This document shows, one piece after another, positions 1 to 8,637 of a DNA stretch of 27,410 bases. The stretch is from a virus (taxonomy: Duplodnaviria > Caudoviricetes): positions 1 through 27,410 of IMG/VR virus record IMGVR_UViG_3300030095_005103. One strand, 5' to 3'. The notes below the pieces were generated by a model. It saw only the letters and a list, made by a program, of their open reading frames with translations, searched no databases and had not been told where the DNA came from. The translations under genes and the position numbers were made by a program. Numbering within the stretch: the stretch's first letter is position 1; every line of letters begins with the position of its first letter.

Positions 1-869
1 TGAAGATATTCATGGTCTTTGTGATGACCAAGAGCCAAAGCAGCAGAACGACGAACATTTCCAGCGACAACGCATCGCCCGATTAGGTTCTCGGTGTCTA
101 CGATGTCAACGGAGGATATTTCTTCGCCAACTCTCGCAGCGTAAAGTTCTGACAGTTCCTTGTGTAGTTCTTCAAGGGGATCAGAGCCACTTGATGTGCC
201 GCCAAAGCCATGGATAGGTGCTCCATAGGGACGTATAACAGAGTAATCAAACTTTGGAACTTTGGCACCGAAGAAGTAACCATTCAGAAGAATCTTAACA
301 GAATCTACCCAGCCCTCACGAGAGTCTGGAATAAGGTGAACGTCATTTGTGAATTCTGGTTCTTGAACAGTCAGCGTATTCGCACCGAGAGTATCAAAGC
401 CAACCCCAATGCCCAACATAAGAGCATCCATCATCCAAGCAAAGAGATAGCCCCCCTTGGTGTTTAGTTCTCGGGTAGAACGAAATGCACAATTGAACAG
501 ACCTGCTGCTGTGCGGGTGTTAACAAACTTCGTTCCCATCATCCATAAGCCACGACCGGGGGGCGTCCACTTAAGATTGAAGAGGCGATCAAAAGCATCC
601 TTAGCGGTGCGCTGTGCCTTCTGGTCATTCCATTCAAGACCAAGCTTGTAGACATGCTGCTTCTGCATGTCAAACATACCCTCAATGACACGACGGCACG
701 TCTGGTGCCATTCTTCGGTGCCAGTTGCTTCCTCATCAAACTCACTCAAGCGACGGGCATAGGTGCGCTTGAATGTTACATAACCGAGTGGACCCCAGGG
801 GACCTCACGCTCTCTGTATTGATCAATGAATGTATCTGATAGTTTAAATCTACGAATGTGGGTTCTCAT
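1..869 (-). CDS. nrdJ: Class II (adenosylcobalamin-dependent) ribonucleoside-triphosphate reductase, N-terminal part, truncated by the window edge
   Basis: Not in the ORF track. Manual translation from ATG at 869 (ATGA overlap with the helicase stop) gives MRTHIRRFKLSDTF...GYVTFKRTYAR...WTPPGRGLWMMG...LFNCAF...LMLGIGVGFD...IPDSREGW...GFGGTSSG...IGRCVVAGNVRRSA, hallmark motifs of monomeric RTPR/NrdJ. The frame is open to the window edge. Confidence 0.93.
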   Translation of the reverse strand, partial: MRTHIRRFKLSDTFIDQYREREVPWGPLGYVTFKRTYARRLSEFDEEATGTEEWHQTCRRVIEGMFDMQKQHVYKLGLEWNDQKAQRTAKDAFDRLFNLKWTPPGRGLWMMGTKFVNTRTAAGLFNCAFRSTRELNTKGGYLFAWMMDALMLGIGVGFDTLGANTLTVQEPEFTNDVHLIPDSREGWVDSVKILLNGYFFGAKVPKFDYSVIRPYGAPIHGFGGTSSGSDPLEELHKELSELYAARVGEEISSVDIVDTENLIGRCVVAGNVRRSAALALGHHKDHEYL

Positions 870-2263
870 CTAATTTTTCTCCTTAATTTTTTGAATTTAT
901 CGTACTTGTTTTTTAGAATTTCTTTTTGTTCTTTCGGACCAGCGACCACAGGGGAGGCTGAAATGTTTGTTGCTGCGCCAGCAGCAACAATTGCCTTGGG
1001 CAACATCTTGATGTTAACGCTAGAAGTGTCCATAAAGAGATCGTAAACAATGCCATCGGGACCATTACGATTCTTAGCGATAAACATCTTCGCTCTATTA
1101 TTTTGCTTATCTTCAATCGTGCGAGACAAAGTACAGATGAAGTCAGCGACGAAGCACTTGTTGAATGCCTCAGAGATCTGCTCCATGGTCACAACTTCTG
1201 CATTTAGACCAGAGCGGTTGGTTTGTGAGGCTGTCCAGACAGGACAGTTCATCTCATTAGATAGACCTCTTAGTTCCTCGTAGATTGACTCCAGTTCCGT
1301 TCTTTTTTCTTTCCGTACTACGACGGGTCTTAACAAATCTGCGTAGTCTACGATGATTAGACCGGGCGTTATGCCCCTCTTTATTAGACGGGCAAGGTGC
1401 GCCTTGATAGTGTTAGTCGAGGCAGACTTGGTTGGGTATTCTTTGACGATTAGAGTTCCGTCAAGATCCTTAATTTCTTCATAGATTTCATCCTTGAAAT
1501 TTGTAAGATCTGAAAGAGGATACTGTGTAATGCAAGAATCATAGCGACAAGCCACAACTGTGTCCTGTAATTCTAGAGTGTAATGGATTACAGTTTTGCC
1601 TTCTTTGATCGCCTGTGAGCCAAGGTGAACAAGAGCCATAGACTTGCCTGCTCCAGTAGGGGCGATAACGACACCAAGCTCGTTTCTACCAAGCCCACCA
1701 CTCGTGATGGTATCAATCTCTTTCCAACCAGTTGAGACCGGGAGTCTAAACTTTGGTTTATACCTCTCTTCAAAGTCTGCAATGAAATCATATCCAAAGT
1801 TGTTTTCTGAACCTAATTTAAGGGCGTCGTTGATTACCTTTGAGATCTCATCGAAAGAACAGGTCTGTAGAAGGTTGACAGACTTCATCATTGCTTCTTT
1901 TAACTTTTGCTTTCGGCAGAAGTCAAGAGAGGTCTCTTTGATGTAGTCTATGTCATCAGACATCTCGTTCGTATGGACTCTCGCATAGTAATCACGCACC
2001 TGCTTCTGTGTTACTTCCGACTCTCGATCTAGTTCTGTTCTGACAACAGAGATCATGGCATTTGTGGATGGGTGCTTCCCATACTTTGTTCTATACTCTA
2101 CTATCTTTGCCACAAATACACGAAGATATTCAAGTTCCAAGAACTCGACATTCAGAACCTCCGTTATTTGATCTGCGAATGGGCGGTCCTCAAATATGAG
2201 TTGAACGAGCCCCTCTTGGAAGGACTTGCCGTACCTCCCAAAGTCTGCCTTGTGTTTAAGCAT
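866..2263 (-). CDS. Replicative DNA helicase, DnaB / T4 gp41-like
   Basis: Walker A APTGAGKS, TLE, Walker B LIIVDYADL, WTASQTNR and KNRNG motifs; SD AGGAG upstream. Confidence 0.93.
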   Translation of the reverse strand: MLKHKADFGRYGKSFQEGLVQLIFEDRPFADQITEVLNVEFLELEYLRVFVAKIVEYRTKYGKHPSTNAMISVVRTELDRESEVTQKQVRDYYARVHTNEMSDDIDYIKETSLDFCRKQKLKEAMMKSVNLLQTCSFDEISKVINDALKLGSENNFGYDFIADFEERYKPKFRLPVSTGWKEIDTITSGGLGRNELGVVIAPTGAGKSMALVHLGSQAIKEGKTVIHYTLELQDTVVACRYDSCITQYPLSDLTNFKDEIYEEIKDLDGTLIVKEYPTKSASTNTIKAHLARLIKRGITPGLIIVDYADLLRPVVVRKEKRTELESIYEELRGLSNEMNCPVWTASQTNRSGLNAEVVTMEQISEAFNKCFVADFICTLSRTIEDKQNNRAKMFIAKNRNGPDGIVYDLFMDTSSVNIKMLPKAIVAAGAATNISASPVVAGPKEQKEILKNKYDKFKKLRRKIR

Positions 2264-2288
2264 GCCACTCCTACGTTTTACAATACTA

Positions 2289-2316
2289 AATATAACACAC
2301 CTAGGTCAAACGTCAA
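2289..2316 (-). promoter_or_regulatory. Sigma70-like promoter for helicase-nrdJ
   Basis: TTGACG, 16-nt spacer ending TGT, then TATATT, ~25 nt upstream of the helicase ATG. Confidence 0.6.
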
Positions 2317-2355
2317 GGCGAGTTGGAACTTTTTTTTGCTCTTGACGATGCCTAA

Positions 2356-2667
2356 CTATTTCATTGACTTGGAACCACGGCACTTCCACTTCTTTCTGGA
2401 TAGCGCATTGGCGCAGGGTGGATTCTTACATTTTTTGATCTTTGCGGATCGTGCGCAGTAAGCATCACCCTTGGCTGTGCCGGGTCTTATTCGATCACCG
2501 CCACTCTTAGCTTGACCTGATTGTCCATAGGAGCGACATTTACCATCTACGCGTTTTGCAAAGCGCTTGCCCTTGGTAGGCTTACAGGCTTTCTTTTTCT
2601 TCTCACGTATAATGGCTTTATATTCTTCTTTAATTATCTTTTTAACATAGTCTTCTGTGAAATCCAT
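2356..2667 (-). CDS. Probable independently initiated 103-aa basic Cys-rich protein nested in-frame at the 3' end of the large ORF
   Basis: Minus strand reads ACTAATTA-taac-GAGGGA-aatatc-ATG: late-type promoter, SD and ATG inside the ORF. Product MDFTEDYVKKIIKEEY...RPGTAKGDAYCARS...SRKKWKC. Confidence 0.65.
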   Translation of the reverse strand: MDFTEDYVKKIIKEEYKAIIREKKKKACKPTKGKRFAKRVDGKCRSYGQSGQAKSGGDRIRPGTAKGDAYCARSAKIKKCKNPPCANALSRKKWKCRGSKSMK

Positions 2668-4989
2668 GATATTTCCCTCGTTATAATTAGTCTTAGAGTT
2701 TTTCTTTCTGCTACCGTCTTCGTACCAGACCGTCCCGCCGTCTGCTTTGCGGCGATCCATAACAGCCTGTCGCTCTTTAGCTCTCTTGCGGCGGGCAACT
2801 CTATCCATGTGGTTTTTCAACTCTTCAGCTTCATCCTGAAATTCTTCTTTGTCTTTGATACCATCAAAAATTTTCTGCCGCAACTTCGTAACTTCCGGTT
2901 CGGGCATCAGAAACCTGCCACCCTGAGCGTAGGGTGCTCGGGCTTTATGTAACTTGTACGACCACTCGAACACAAGAACTTCAATAATAGATTTTGTAAA
3001 TTTTGTTTCTTTTTGCATATTTCTTATAAATATCTTTTCAAGAACATCAATCGGTGTGGTGGAAAAGTTTACAAGGTATGTCTCTAGTATCGCGCGGACA
3101 GAGTTAATAAGTTCTTGCTTATCAGGATCATCCTCAGATATATTCCATAATTTATAAAAATCAGCGTTATATATTTGTCTTATAACCTCTGGTGGAAGAG
3201 GGGTTCTTGGATTTTTTTCTTTTATTAAAAGACCAAAAATAGGCTTAAAATTATATTTTTCTGGGTTTTTTAGAGACTTTTTAATGATATAATTTAGAAA
3301 GTTTGAATCATCTTTTACTCTTTGTATCGCCTTATAGCCAACACCGTAGTCTTTATCAAAAATAAGTTTCTCCAAAACGCCGCCGGGTCCATACCAGTCT
3401 TTAGTATATTCAGAAAGTTCATCAAGAATAAGTCCAGCCACTGCTTCTCGCACATCGCTAGACGGATCTTCAGCAAGTTTTTTTATGAGAGGGTAACGCA
3501 TCCCATCAATTTCAGATGGGGCACCCCTCATAGCTTTAATAAATTTTAATTTATTCTCCTCTTCGTTTTCTTTAAACCAATTTTGTAAATTTTCGTTTGA
3601 AAATACTTTATTGTAAACTACTCCCTCATGTGGTCTATCTTCTGATTCACCATCAGATTCAATTCTCAATATTTTATTTAAAGTTTCGAAAGGGGTGTTC
3701 GGGTTGGCGCCGACATTAACCAAAATAGGATCATTATCAACCCCCCAATCTTCTGATTCATCAGAGAAGTTTTTATAAATAAAGTTTAAGACTTCTGGTG
3801 ATGTGGTTTTTGAATCTGCTGTATTTTTAATGAATTCATTATAATCGTAGTAATGGAGTCTGCCGCTTTTCTCAAGAAAATCAAGATATTTTTTAATTTG
3901 AAACCCTGATGCCTCTCCAGAAGATACTCTTGACGCCATCGCAAGGCTAAAGGATCTAAACTTGCCAAATTTCTCTAAGGCTTTAATAAAGGTGGCATCA
4001 GAAAGGGCAGGGCTATTTATTATGTCTCTAAAAAAACTCTGTTGTATAGCCCAGTTACCTTCCTCGCCATACATTTGAAATTTTGCTTCAATTCTCTGAT
4101 CCGTAATTTCATACATTCTATCTAAAACTTGTGCGCTTGGATTCGAAGACAAGATACGTTTCATAAAATCTTCTAGTTCCAATCCCTCCATGCCTCTAAC
4201 GGCATTATCAAATTTGCTTGGATCGTCGGACTGAGCTATATCTAAAAATTGTTGTTTTGCGGGGTGTTCTCCAGCAACCTTGGCAGCATGTTCTTTCATT
4301 GCGCCCATTATGGGCTCATATTGACCACCCAAAACTGACTGTAGATCACTCGCTGTGTATCCCTTGTTAGCAGCATCAACAGTTATGTGACCGTGAGACC
4401 CTTCCAAATATGGCTCTCCATTAACAAAGCCAACACTAATCTTTGCGGTTGGATCTTCACGAGGATCGGTTCCTTTTTTAATCAAATAATATAATATGAT
4501 ATTTTCTTCGTCTCTCGCAACATAGGAAAGAAAAAGGTTTTGAGTTTTTGTCGCGGCAGTACACCAAGTGGTGCCTGCGCCAAGCTTACAAGAAGCTTGT
4601 GTGGTATGCGGCATCGCCACAATCCAGTCACCAAAGGTTCCGAGATAAGTTACTTCTTCATCTTTAATACGACGTTGTTCGCTGGATTTGGAGGCACCAA
4701 GTTCTTCTATTGTTTGTCGTAGAATAGCGGGTGTTTTGTATGCATAAATATCAGGAGACTTTCCTTTTGCTTTTAATCTCTGCTTTTGTTTGTCAAAAGC
4801 AATGACAACTCCTACAATATCTTCAACCGGCTCTCCCGCACGACGTTTGCGAATCCAATTAAGATACTGAACGTTTTTGATACCTGCGTCATAAGCAGGT
4901 TGCAGTTCAGGAAACTTTTGAATTAAGTCCTCTGCCTTACCTTCGATAAATAGCCTGTATTCTTCCGCTATGATCTTTTTAAGATTCAT
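2356..4989 (-). CDS. Large modular protein (877 aa): N-terminal IIxEEY motif, PcfJ-like 'SCxxGxGTxWC' domain, LRV/HEAT-like helical repeats, C-terminal basic Cys-rich module
   Basis: Start reassigned to ATG 4989 (ATGA overlap with the upstream stop; MNLKKIIAEEY). Motif ASCKLGAGTTWCTAA; repeat-like segments NPNTPFETLNKIL, KLAEDPSSDVREAVA, TTPIDVLEKI, TTSPEVLNFI. Confidence 0.7.
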   Translation of the reverse strand: MNLKKIIAEEYRLFIEGKAEDLIQKFPELQPAYDAGIKNVQYLNWIRKRRAGEPVEDIVGVVIAFDKQKQRLKAKGKSPDIYAYKTPAILRQTIEELGASKSSEQRRIKDEEVTYLGTFGDWIVAMPHTTQASCKLGAGTTWCTAATKTQNLFLSYVARDEENIILYYLIKKGTDPREDPTAKISVGFVNGEPYLEGSHGHITVDAANKGYTASDLQSVLGGQYEPIMGAMKEHAAKVAGEHPAKQQFLDIAQSDDPSKFDNAVRGMEGLELEDFMKRILSSNPSAQVLDRMYEITDQRIEAKFQMYGEEGNWAIQQSFFRDIINSPALSDATFIKALEKFGKFRSFSLAMASRVSSGEASGFQIKKYLDFLEKSGRLHYYDYNEFIKNTADSKTTSPEVLNFIYKNFSDESEDWGVDNDPILVNVGANPNTPFETLNKILRIESDGESEDRPHEGVVYNKVFSNENLQNWFKENEEENKLKFIKAMRGAPSEIDGMRYPLIKKLAEDPSSDVREAVAGLILDELSEYTKDWYGPGGVLEKLIFDKDYGVGYKAIQRVKDDSNFLNYIIKKSLKNPEKYNFKPIFGLLIKEKNPRTPLPPEVIRQIYNADFYKLWNISEDDPDKQELINSVRAILETYLVNFSTTPIDVLEKIFIRNMQKETKFTKSIIEVLVFEWSYKLHKARAPYAQGGRFLMPEPEVTKLRQKIFDGIKDKEEFQDEAEELKNHMDRVARRKRAKERQAVMDRRKADGGTVWYEDGSRKKNSKTNYNEGNIMDFTEDYVKKIIKEEYKAIIREKKKKACKPTKGKRFAKRVDGKCRSYGQSGQAKSGGDRIRPGTAKGDAYCARSAKIKKCKNPPCANALSRKKWKCRGSKSMK
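2684..2691 (-). promoter_or_regulatory. Putative late promoter (ACTAATTA), internal to the large ORF
   Basis: Matches the (A/C)CTA(T/C/A)TTA motif found before structural genes; followed by SD and ATG. Confidence 0.55.
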
Positions 4990-5528
4990 CCTTCTTTTCC
5001 AGATTTTGATTTCTTGCCCCATTTTCCCTTATTACCACAGGCTCCGGGTGTAGGTCTACACGAAGGGTATTTTGATCTCTTCTCTCCATCGCTGCGCCCA
5101 CAAGGTGAGCACTTCTTCTTGCCTGACTTTTTATCTTTGCGGCAAGTATTGCAATCAACCCACCCCCCCTTCTTGCCGGGGGCGCCCTTGCGACCAAACC
5201 AGTCCTTAAGGCTACTTTCAGAGGAAGGCTTAGCCGTTAACTTTTTTTTTTCATTCATTACCGCCCGATACTCTTCGTGAATAATCTGAAGGAGTCGGTC
5301 ATCCATTTCTATGCTCTCTTTTTTCTTTGACTTGTTGCCCCAGTTGGCAGCACCAACTTTGCGGCACTTAACAAGTGCGCCGCTGGCGTAGGCTGATGGC
5401 CATACATCGTAGCGAGCACGGACCTTGTGGTAACAAGCGTCTTTCTTACCTTCTTTCTTTTTCTTTTCGTCTAGCTCGACTTCTTCTTCGTTGAGAAAGT
5501 CTTCATCAAATTCGTAGAGTTCTTCCAT
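4986..5528 (-). CDS. Lys/Cys-rich two-module phage protein with acidic N-terminus, probable virion/head-internal protein
   Basis: 180 aa. Modules DACYHKVRARYDVWPSAYASGALVKCRK and LKDWF...GWVDC...CGRSDGEKRSKYPSCRP, of a kind I recall from T4-like phage hypothetical proteins. SD GAGGTG and late motif upstream. Confidence 0.75.
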   Translation of the reverse strand: MEELYEFDEDFLNEEEVELDEKKKKEGKKDACYHKVRARYDVWPSAYASGALVKCRKVGAANWGNKSKKKESIEMDDRLLQIIHEEYRAVMNEKKKLTAKPSSESSLKDWFGRKGAPGKKGGWVDCNTCRKDKKSGKKKCSPCGRSDGEKRSKYPSCRPTPGACGNKGKWGKKSKSGKEG

Positions 5529-5545
5529 TTACCACACCTCGGTAA

Positions 5546-5553
5546 TAAATAGT
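5546..5553 (-). promoter_or_regulatory. Putative late promoter (ACTATTTA)
   Basis: Identical octamer precedes the neck, sheath and capsid-accessory genes. Confidence 0.7.
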
Positions 5554-5554
5554 G

Positions 5555-6520
5555 TCACTTATCATTACATTCCCTTGAAATCTTATTTAGAAATGTTTTT
5601 AGTTCTTCCCAATTCAACTCACCAAAGCCATCTTCAATCATTAGTTTTAGGAGTTCAGTCTTGTTAAAATCGCATTCAAAGTTTTCCAGGGCGTGGTCAA
5701 TGACCCGTTTACCTTGAACCGAAATAAGCGGAGAGTACAATTGCATCATCTGGTAGTTATGTTCAATAAGTGTTCTTGAATCTGCGATGTTTTTATAGAC
5801 TTTTAGTTTTGAGTCTATGTTCTCGCAGTAATTTATGAGTTCATCGATCATCACACTGCGGTCTTCTTTCATAAACGGAAGTTTGCTGGCAATTGTTTTC
5901 ATACCAACACGATTGACACCCGGTAGATTGTCGCTGGCATCACCATCCATAGCACGAGCGAGTGCCATGTTTGTTGGGTGGACGCCCATAGATTCAATTA
6001 CTGTATTCTTTGTTTCGATCTTGTCTGTGGTTGGTCTATAAACTACAGTCTCATCGTTACAAAGCTGTAGAAAGTCTTTGTCATTTGAAACGATTACCTT
6101 CTGCCAGCCATCATAGTGTCGAGAATTACAGACATAAGAAATAATATCATCTGCTTCCACCCTCTCAAGAATAAGTTGGATGATTGGCATTTGATTGAGA
6201 TATTCAATTGTTCTCATTTGTTGCCAAACTTTGTTTTGTAGTTCTTCGTTCTCGGTTAGATTATGAACGGAACGATTGAGGCGTAGTGGCTTACGACCTT
6301 GCTTGTAGCCAGAGTTTAAACTCTTTCGCTTTTGAGATCCGTTCGGTCCATCCCAACAAATTACAATCTCGTTTGGCTTTGTCATTCTTACAAGTTTTTG
6401 TAGAATTTTGATAGATCCCTTGATTCCACCTATTGGTTGTCCGTGATTAGACAGACTGGGATCAACAATAAACGCCCTCAAAAACATATTGAGGGCGTCG
6501 ATGATGAGTACACGCTTCAT
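5555..6520 (-). CDS. 5'-3' exonuclease / flap endonuclease (T4 RNase H / Pol I N-terminal domain family)
   Basis: LIIDALN, ICWDG, YKQGR, VEADDII, IVSNDKDFLQL and GDASDNLPGV motifs; SD GGAGGT. Confidence 0.93.
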   Translation of the reverse strand: MKRVLIIDALNMFLRAFIVDPSLSNHGQPIGGIKGSIKILQKLVRMTKPNEIVICWDGPNGSQKRKSLNSGYKQGRKPLRLNRSVHNLTENEELQNKVWQQMRTIEYLNQMPIIQLILERVEADDIISYVCNSRHYDGWQKVIVSNDKDFLQLCNDETVVYRPTTDKIETKNTVIESMGVHPTNMALARAMDGDASDNLPGVNRVGMKTIASKLPFMKEDRSVMIDELINYCENIDSKLKVYKNIADSRTLIEHNYQMMQLYSPLISVQGKRVIDHALENFECDFNKTELLKLMIEDGFGELNWEELKTFLNKISRECNDK

Positions 6521-6538
6521 AAATTACCTCCACCCCAT

Positions 6539-6567
6539 AACATAACAGGGAGGAGGCTGTCTGTCAA
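6539..6567 (-). promoter_or_regulatory. Sigma70-like promoter for the exonuclease gene
   Basis: TTGACA-17 nt (ending TGT)-TATGTT; the -35 box overlaps the recA stop codon. Confidence 0.65.
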
Positions 6568-7694
6568 GACGTTTTGTCTACCTCATAGAAGTCTGATGCT
6601 TCACCTTCTCGCTTGTCGAACTTTTGAATCACGACTTCATCCATAAAATCATAAACATGCTGTCTAAACTCCGGGTCAGAATCCATTACCTCAACCCACT
6701 TGCTGGGTTGGAATTTCTTGGTATAGCCGTTATGTTCAAATGTATACCAAGAGCCAGCAACAGACATAAAATTCTTAAGAGCCTCAAATAAACTTTCCGT
6801 ACACTGCACACCAATTGGGTCAGTTCCCCACAAGATACGAAACGCACAAGTTCTGCCTTGTGTTCCAAAGCGAGACTTCTCAAGCTTGACTTTAACCTCT
6901 GAACCAATGCGAAAGCCATTGTCATCAAGCACATAGGCTGCTTTGCTCTTGCGACCTTTAAGCCAGATACGAAGAGAATAGGCATAATGCATAGCCTTTC
7001 CGCCTGGAGTGGTGAAGGGTGTTGTCATAGCAATCTGTCTTGCCATCGGTCCCTGTGGGATGTTGGTCTTCAACTGATTAAGGACAAGGAAGGTAGCCTT
7101 CTTGTCTGCAAGTGGGATAACCAATTTTGACATCCCCTTCGCAAGAATGCGAGCCTTTACAGCCATTGAAGATTGAGGGTTGAAATCTCCCTCAACGTCA
7201 GAAACAGCAGGAGTAAATGCCAGAGAATCCCAAATAAACAATAACTGGTCATCTGTTGCTCCTAACAATTCCTCTATAGTTTCAAGTACAAACTCTACCG
7301 ACTGTGCCTGGACATACATCATAGAGCCGAGGTCACACCCAGCTTTCTCTAAGAAGGATGGGTCAATCGCAGACTCAGAATCAAAGTAGATTGGAGTAAT
7401 CCCCATCTTCTGGGCGTTTGCAGCGACCTGGGCAGCAATGAAAGATTTTCCGGTTGCCTCAAGCCCCGCTATCTCTGTAATCTTACTAACAGGGATACCT
7501 GCATATTTTCCCTTGCAAATAATTGAGTCAAGCCAACGCGATCCTGTCGGAATCCACTGTTTTACTGCTGTTGGATTATCTTCTCTTAGATCATGAGCAA
7601 CATTAAGCCCAGCCTTCTTATTTATCATTGCCCTCATCGCACTCATGTCTATGCGACCGGCTTTAACTTCTTTCTTTGCTTTCTTCTTAGCCAT
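6564..7694 (-). CDS. recA: RecA/UvsX-family recombinase
   Basis: IPTGS, Walker A GLEATGKS, YFDSESA, Walker B FIWDS, LNQL, TPGGKAMHY and KSRF motifs. Confidence 0.93.
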   Translation of the reverse strand: MAKKKAKKEVKAGRIDMSAMRAMINKKAGLNVAHDLREDNPTAVKQWIPTGSRWLDSIICKGKYAGIPVSKITEIAGLEATGKSFIAAQVAANAQKMGITPIYFDSESAIDPSFLEKAGCDLGSMMYVQAQSVEFVLETIEELLGATDDQLLFIWDSLAFTPAVSDVEGDFNPQSSMAVKARILAKGMSKLVIPLADKKATFLVLNQLKTNIPQGPMARQIAMTTPFTTPGGKAMHYAYSLRIWLKGRKSKAAYVLDDNGFRIGSEVKVKLEKSRFGTQGRTCAFRILWGTDPIGVQCTESLFEALKNFMSVAGSWYTFEHNGYTKKFQPSKWVEVMDSDPEFRQHVYDFMDEVVIQKFDKREGEASDFYEVDKTS

Positions 7695-7735
7695 TAAATT
7701 TCTTCCTTTGTTTTTGAACCTCTATGTTCATATAT

Positions 7736-7764
7736 ATTATAACACAGAGCAACCAAAGGAGCAA
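7736..7764 (-). promoter_or_regulatory. Sigma70-like promoter for recA
   Basis: TTGCTC-17 nt (ending TGT)-TATAAT, directly after a terminator. Confidence 0.7.
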
Positions 7765-7796
7765 CAAAAAACCCCCACCTTTTTACGGGTGGGGGC
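7764..7796 (-). terminator. Rho-independent terminator after the SSB gene
   Basis: CCCCCACC/GGTGGGGG stem followed by TTTTTTGTT on the minus strand. Confidence 0.85.
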
Positions 7797-7818
7797 AACT
7801 GAAACAGAAACGCTTTTA

Positions 7819-8586
7819 CTAGCCAGTCATCAGTTCATCAAATGCCTTATCAACACTTGACTTCTTGTTGTTGTTATATTGCTTGATCTCGCGAGACCGA
7901 GACTCGGCAGACTTGTCACCTGACAGCATGTTATTCAAGATAGCATCCACTTCTTCTGGAGAATATCGAGTGAATAGGGCATCAATGTCAGGCATGTTCT
8001 GGAGCAGCCCTGGGATTGCATCCTCATCCTTTAGGAGTGTACTGGTGTTCCGGCGCATCTTCATATTGGTTTGAGGATATGCGCCCGGCTTCTTCGGCTT
8101 CGTGTATGTAATTGTAATATCGGTGCCGTCTTCGGGATCAGTGATGTCGCCGTACTCTGGATCAAGGATATAACCAAGGAGCAATTCATATGCCGTCTTG
8201 CCGTATCCATAGACCTTGACACCTTCTGACTCAAGACCCCGAACAACCACAGGCGAGAAATAGCGGTTGCGTGCGAAGAGAGACTTTGCAAGCTTCTTTG
8301 TCTCTTCATCGTTGTTATCAGTCCCATCTCGCCATAGCTGTGAAGCAAACTCGCAGATCGGGCACTGCTCACCAAAGTTTCGTTTTGGACACATAACACC
8401 GCCTTTGTGCCCTTCAATGTTGTAGTGAAAGTGAACCTCCTTTAAAGGATCCCCATCAGCAGTTGGGACGATACGCACATCTGTATCGCCTTCATCTGGC
8501 TTAAACCAGACACTTGATTTATCATTCTTTCCGTTCCCACGAAGTGCGGAAAGCTTCTTCCGCATCAGTTCCATATTGATTCCCAT
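7819..8586 (-). CDS. Single-stranded DNA-binding protein, T4 gp32-like
   Basis: Start reassigned to ATG 8586 (SD AAGGAG; MGINMELM). WFKP...VRIVP, HY...CP...CPICE Zn-type motif, YGDITDPEDGTDI, acidic/hydrophobic tail VDKAFDELM. Confidence 0.88.
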   Translation of the reverse strand: MGINMELMRKKLSALRGNGKNDKSSVWFKPDEGDTDVRIVPTADGDPLKEVHFHYNIEGHKGGVMCPKRNFGEQCPICEFASQLWRDGTDNNDEETKKLAKSLFARNRYFSPVVVRGLESEGVKVYGYGKTAYELLLGYILDPEYGDITDPEDGTDITITYTKPKKPGAYPQTNMKMRRNTSTLLKDEDAIPGLLQNMPDIDALFTRYSPEEVDAILNNMLSGDKSAESRSREIKQYNNNKKSSVDKAFDELMTG

Positions 8587-8637
8587 AATAATCTCCTTGT
8601 TGTTGGGTATAGTATAGTAAGCGTTCCTTACCATCTT

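Noticed and set aside
2311-2347. Inverted repeat CGTCAAG...CTTGACG around an A-run as terminator or divergent promoter
   Set aside because: The loop is long, there is no U-tract on the minus strand, and no -10 box follows the plus-strand TTGACG; too weak to call.
4990-5022. Track start at 5022 for the large ORF
   Set aside because: It overlaps the upstream gene; ATG 4989 has an ATGA coupling and begins with the conserved IIxEEY motif.
8587-8634. Track start at 8634 for the SSB gene
   Set aside because: It lies only 3 nt from the -10 box with no SD; ATG 8586 has AAGGAG at normal spacing.
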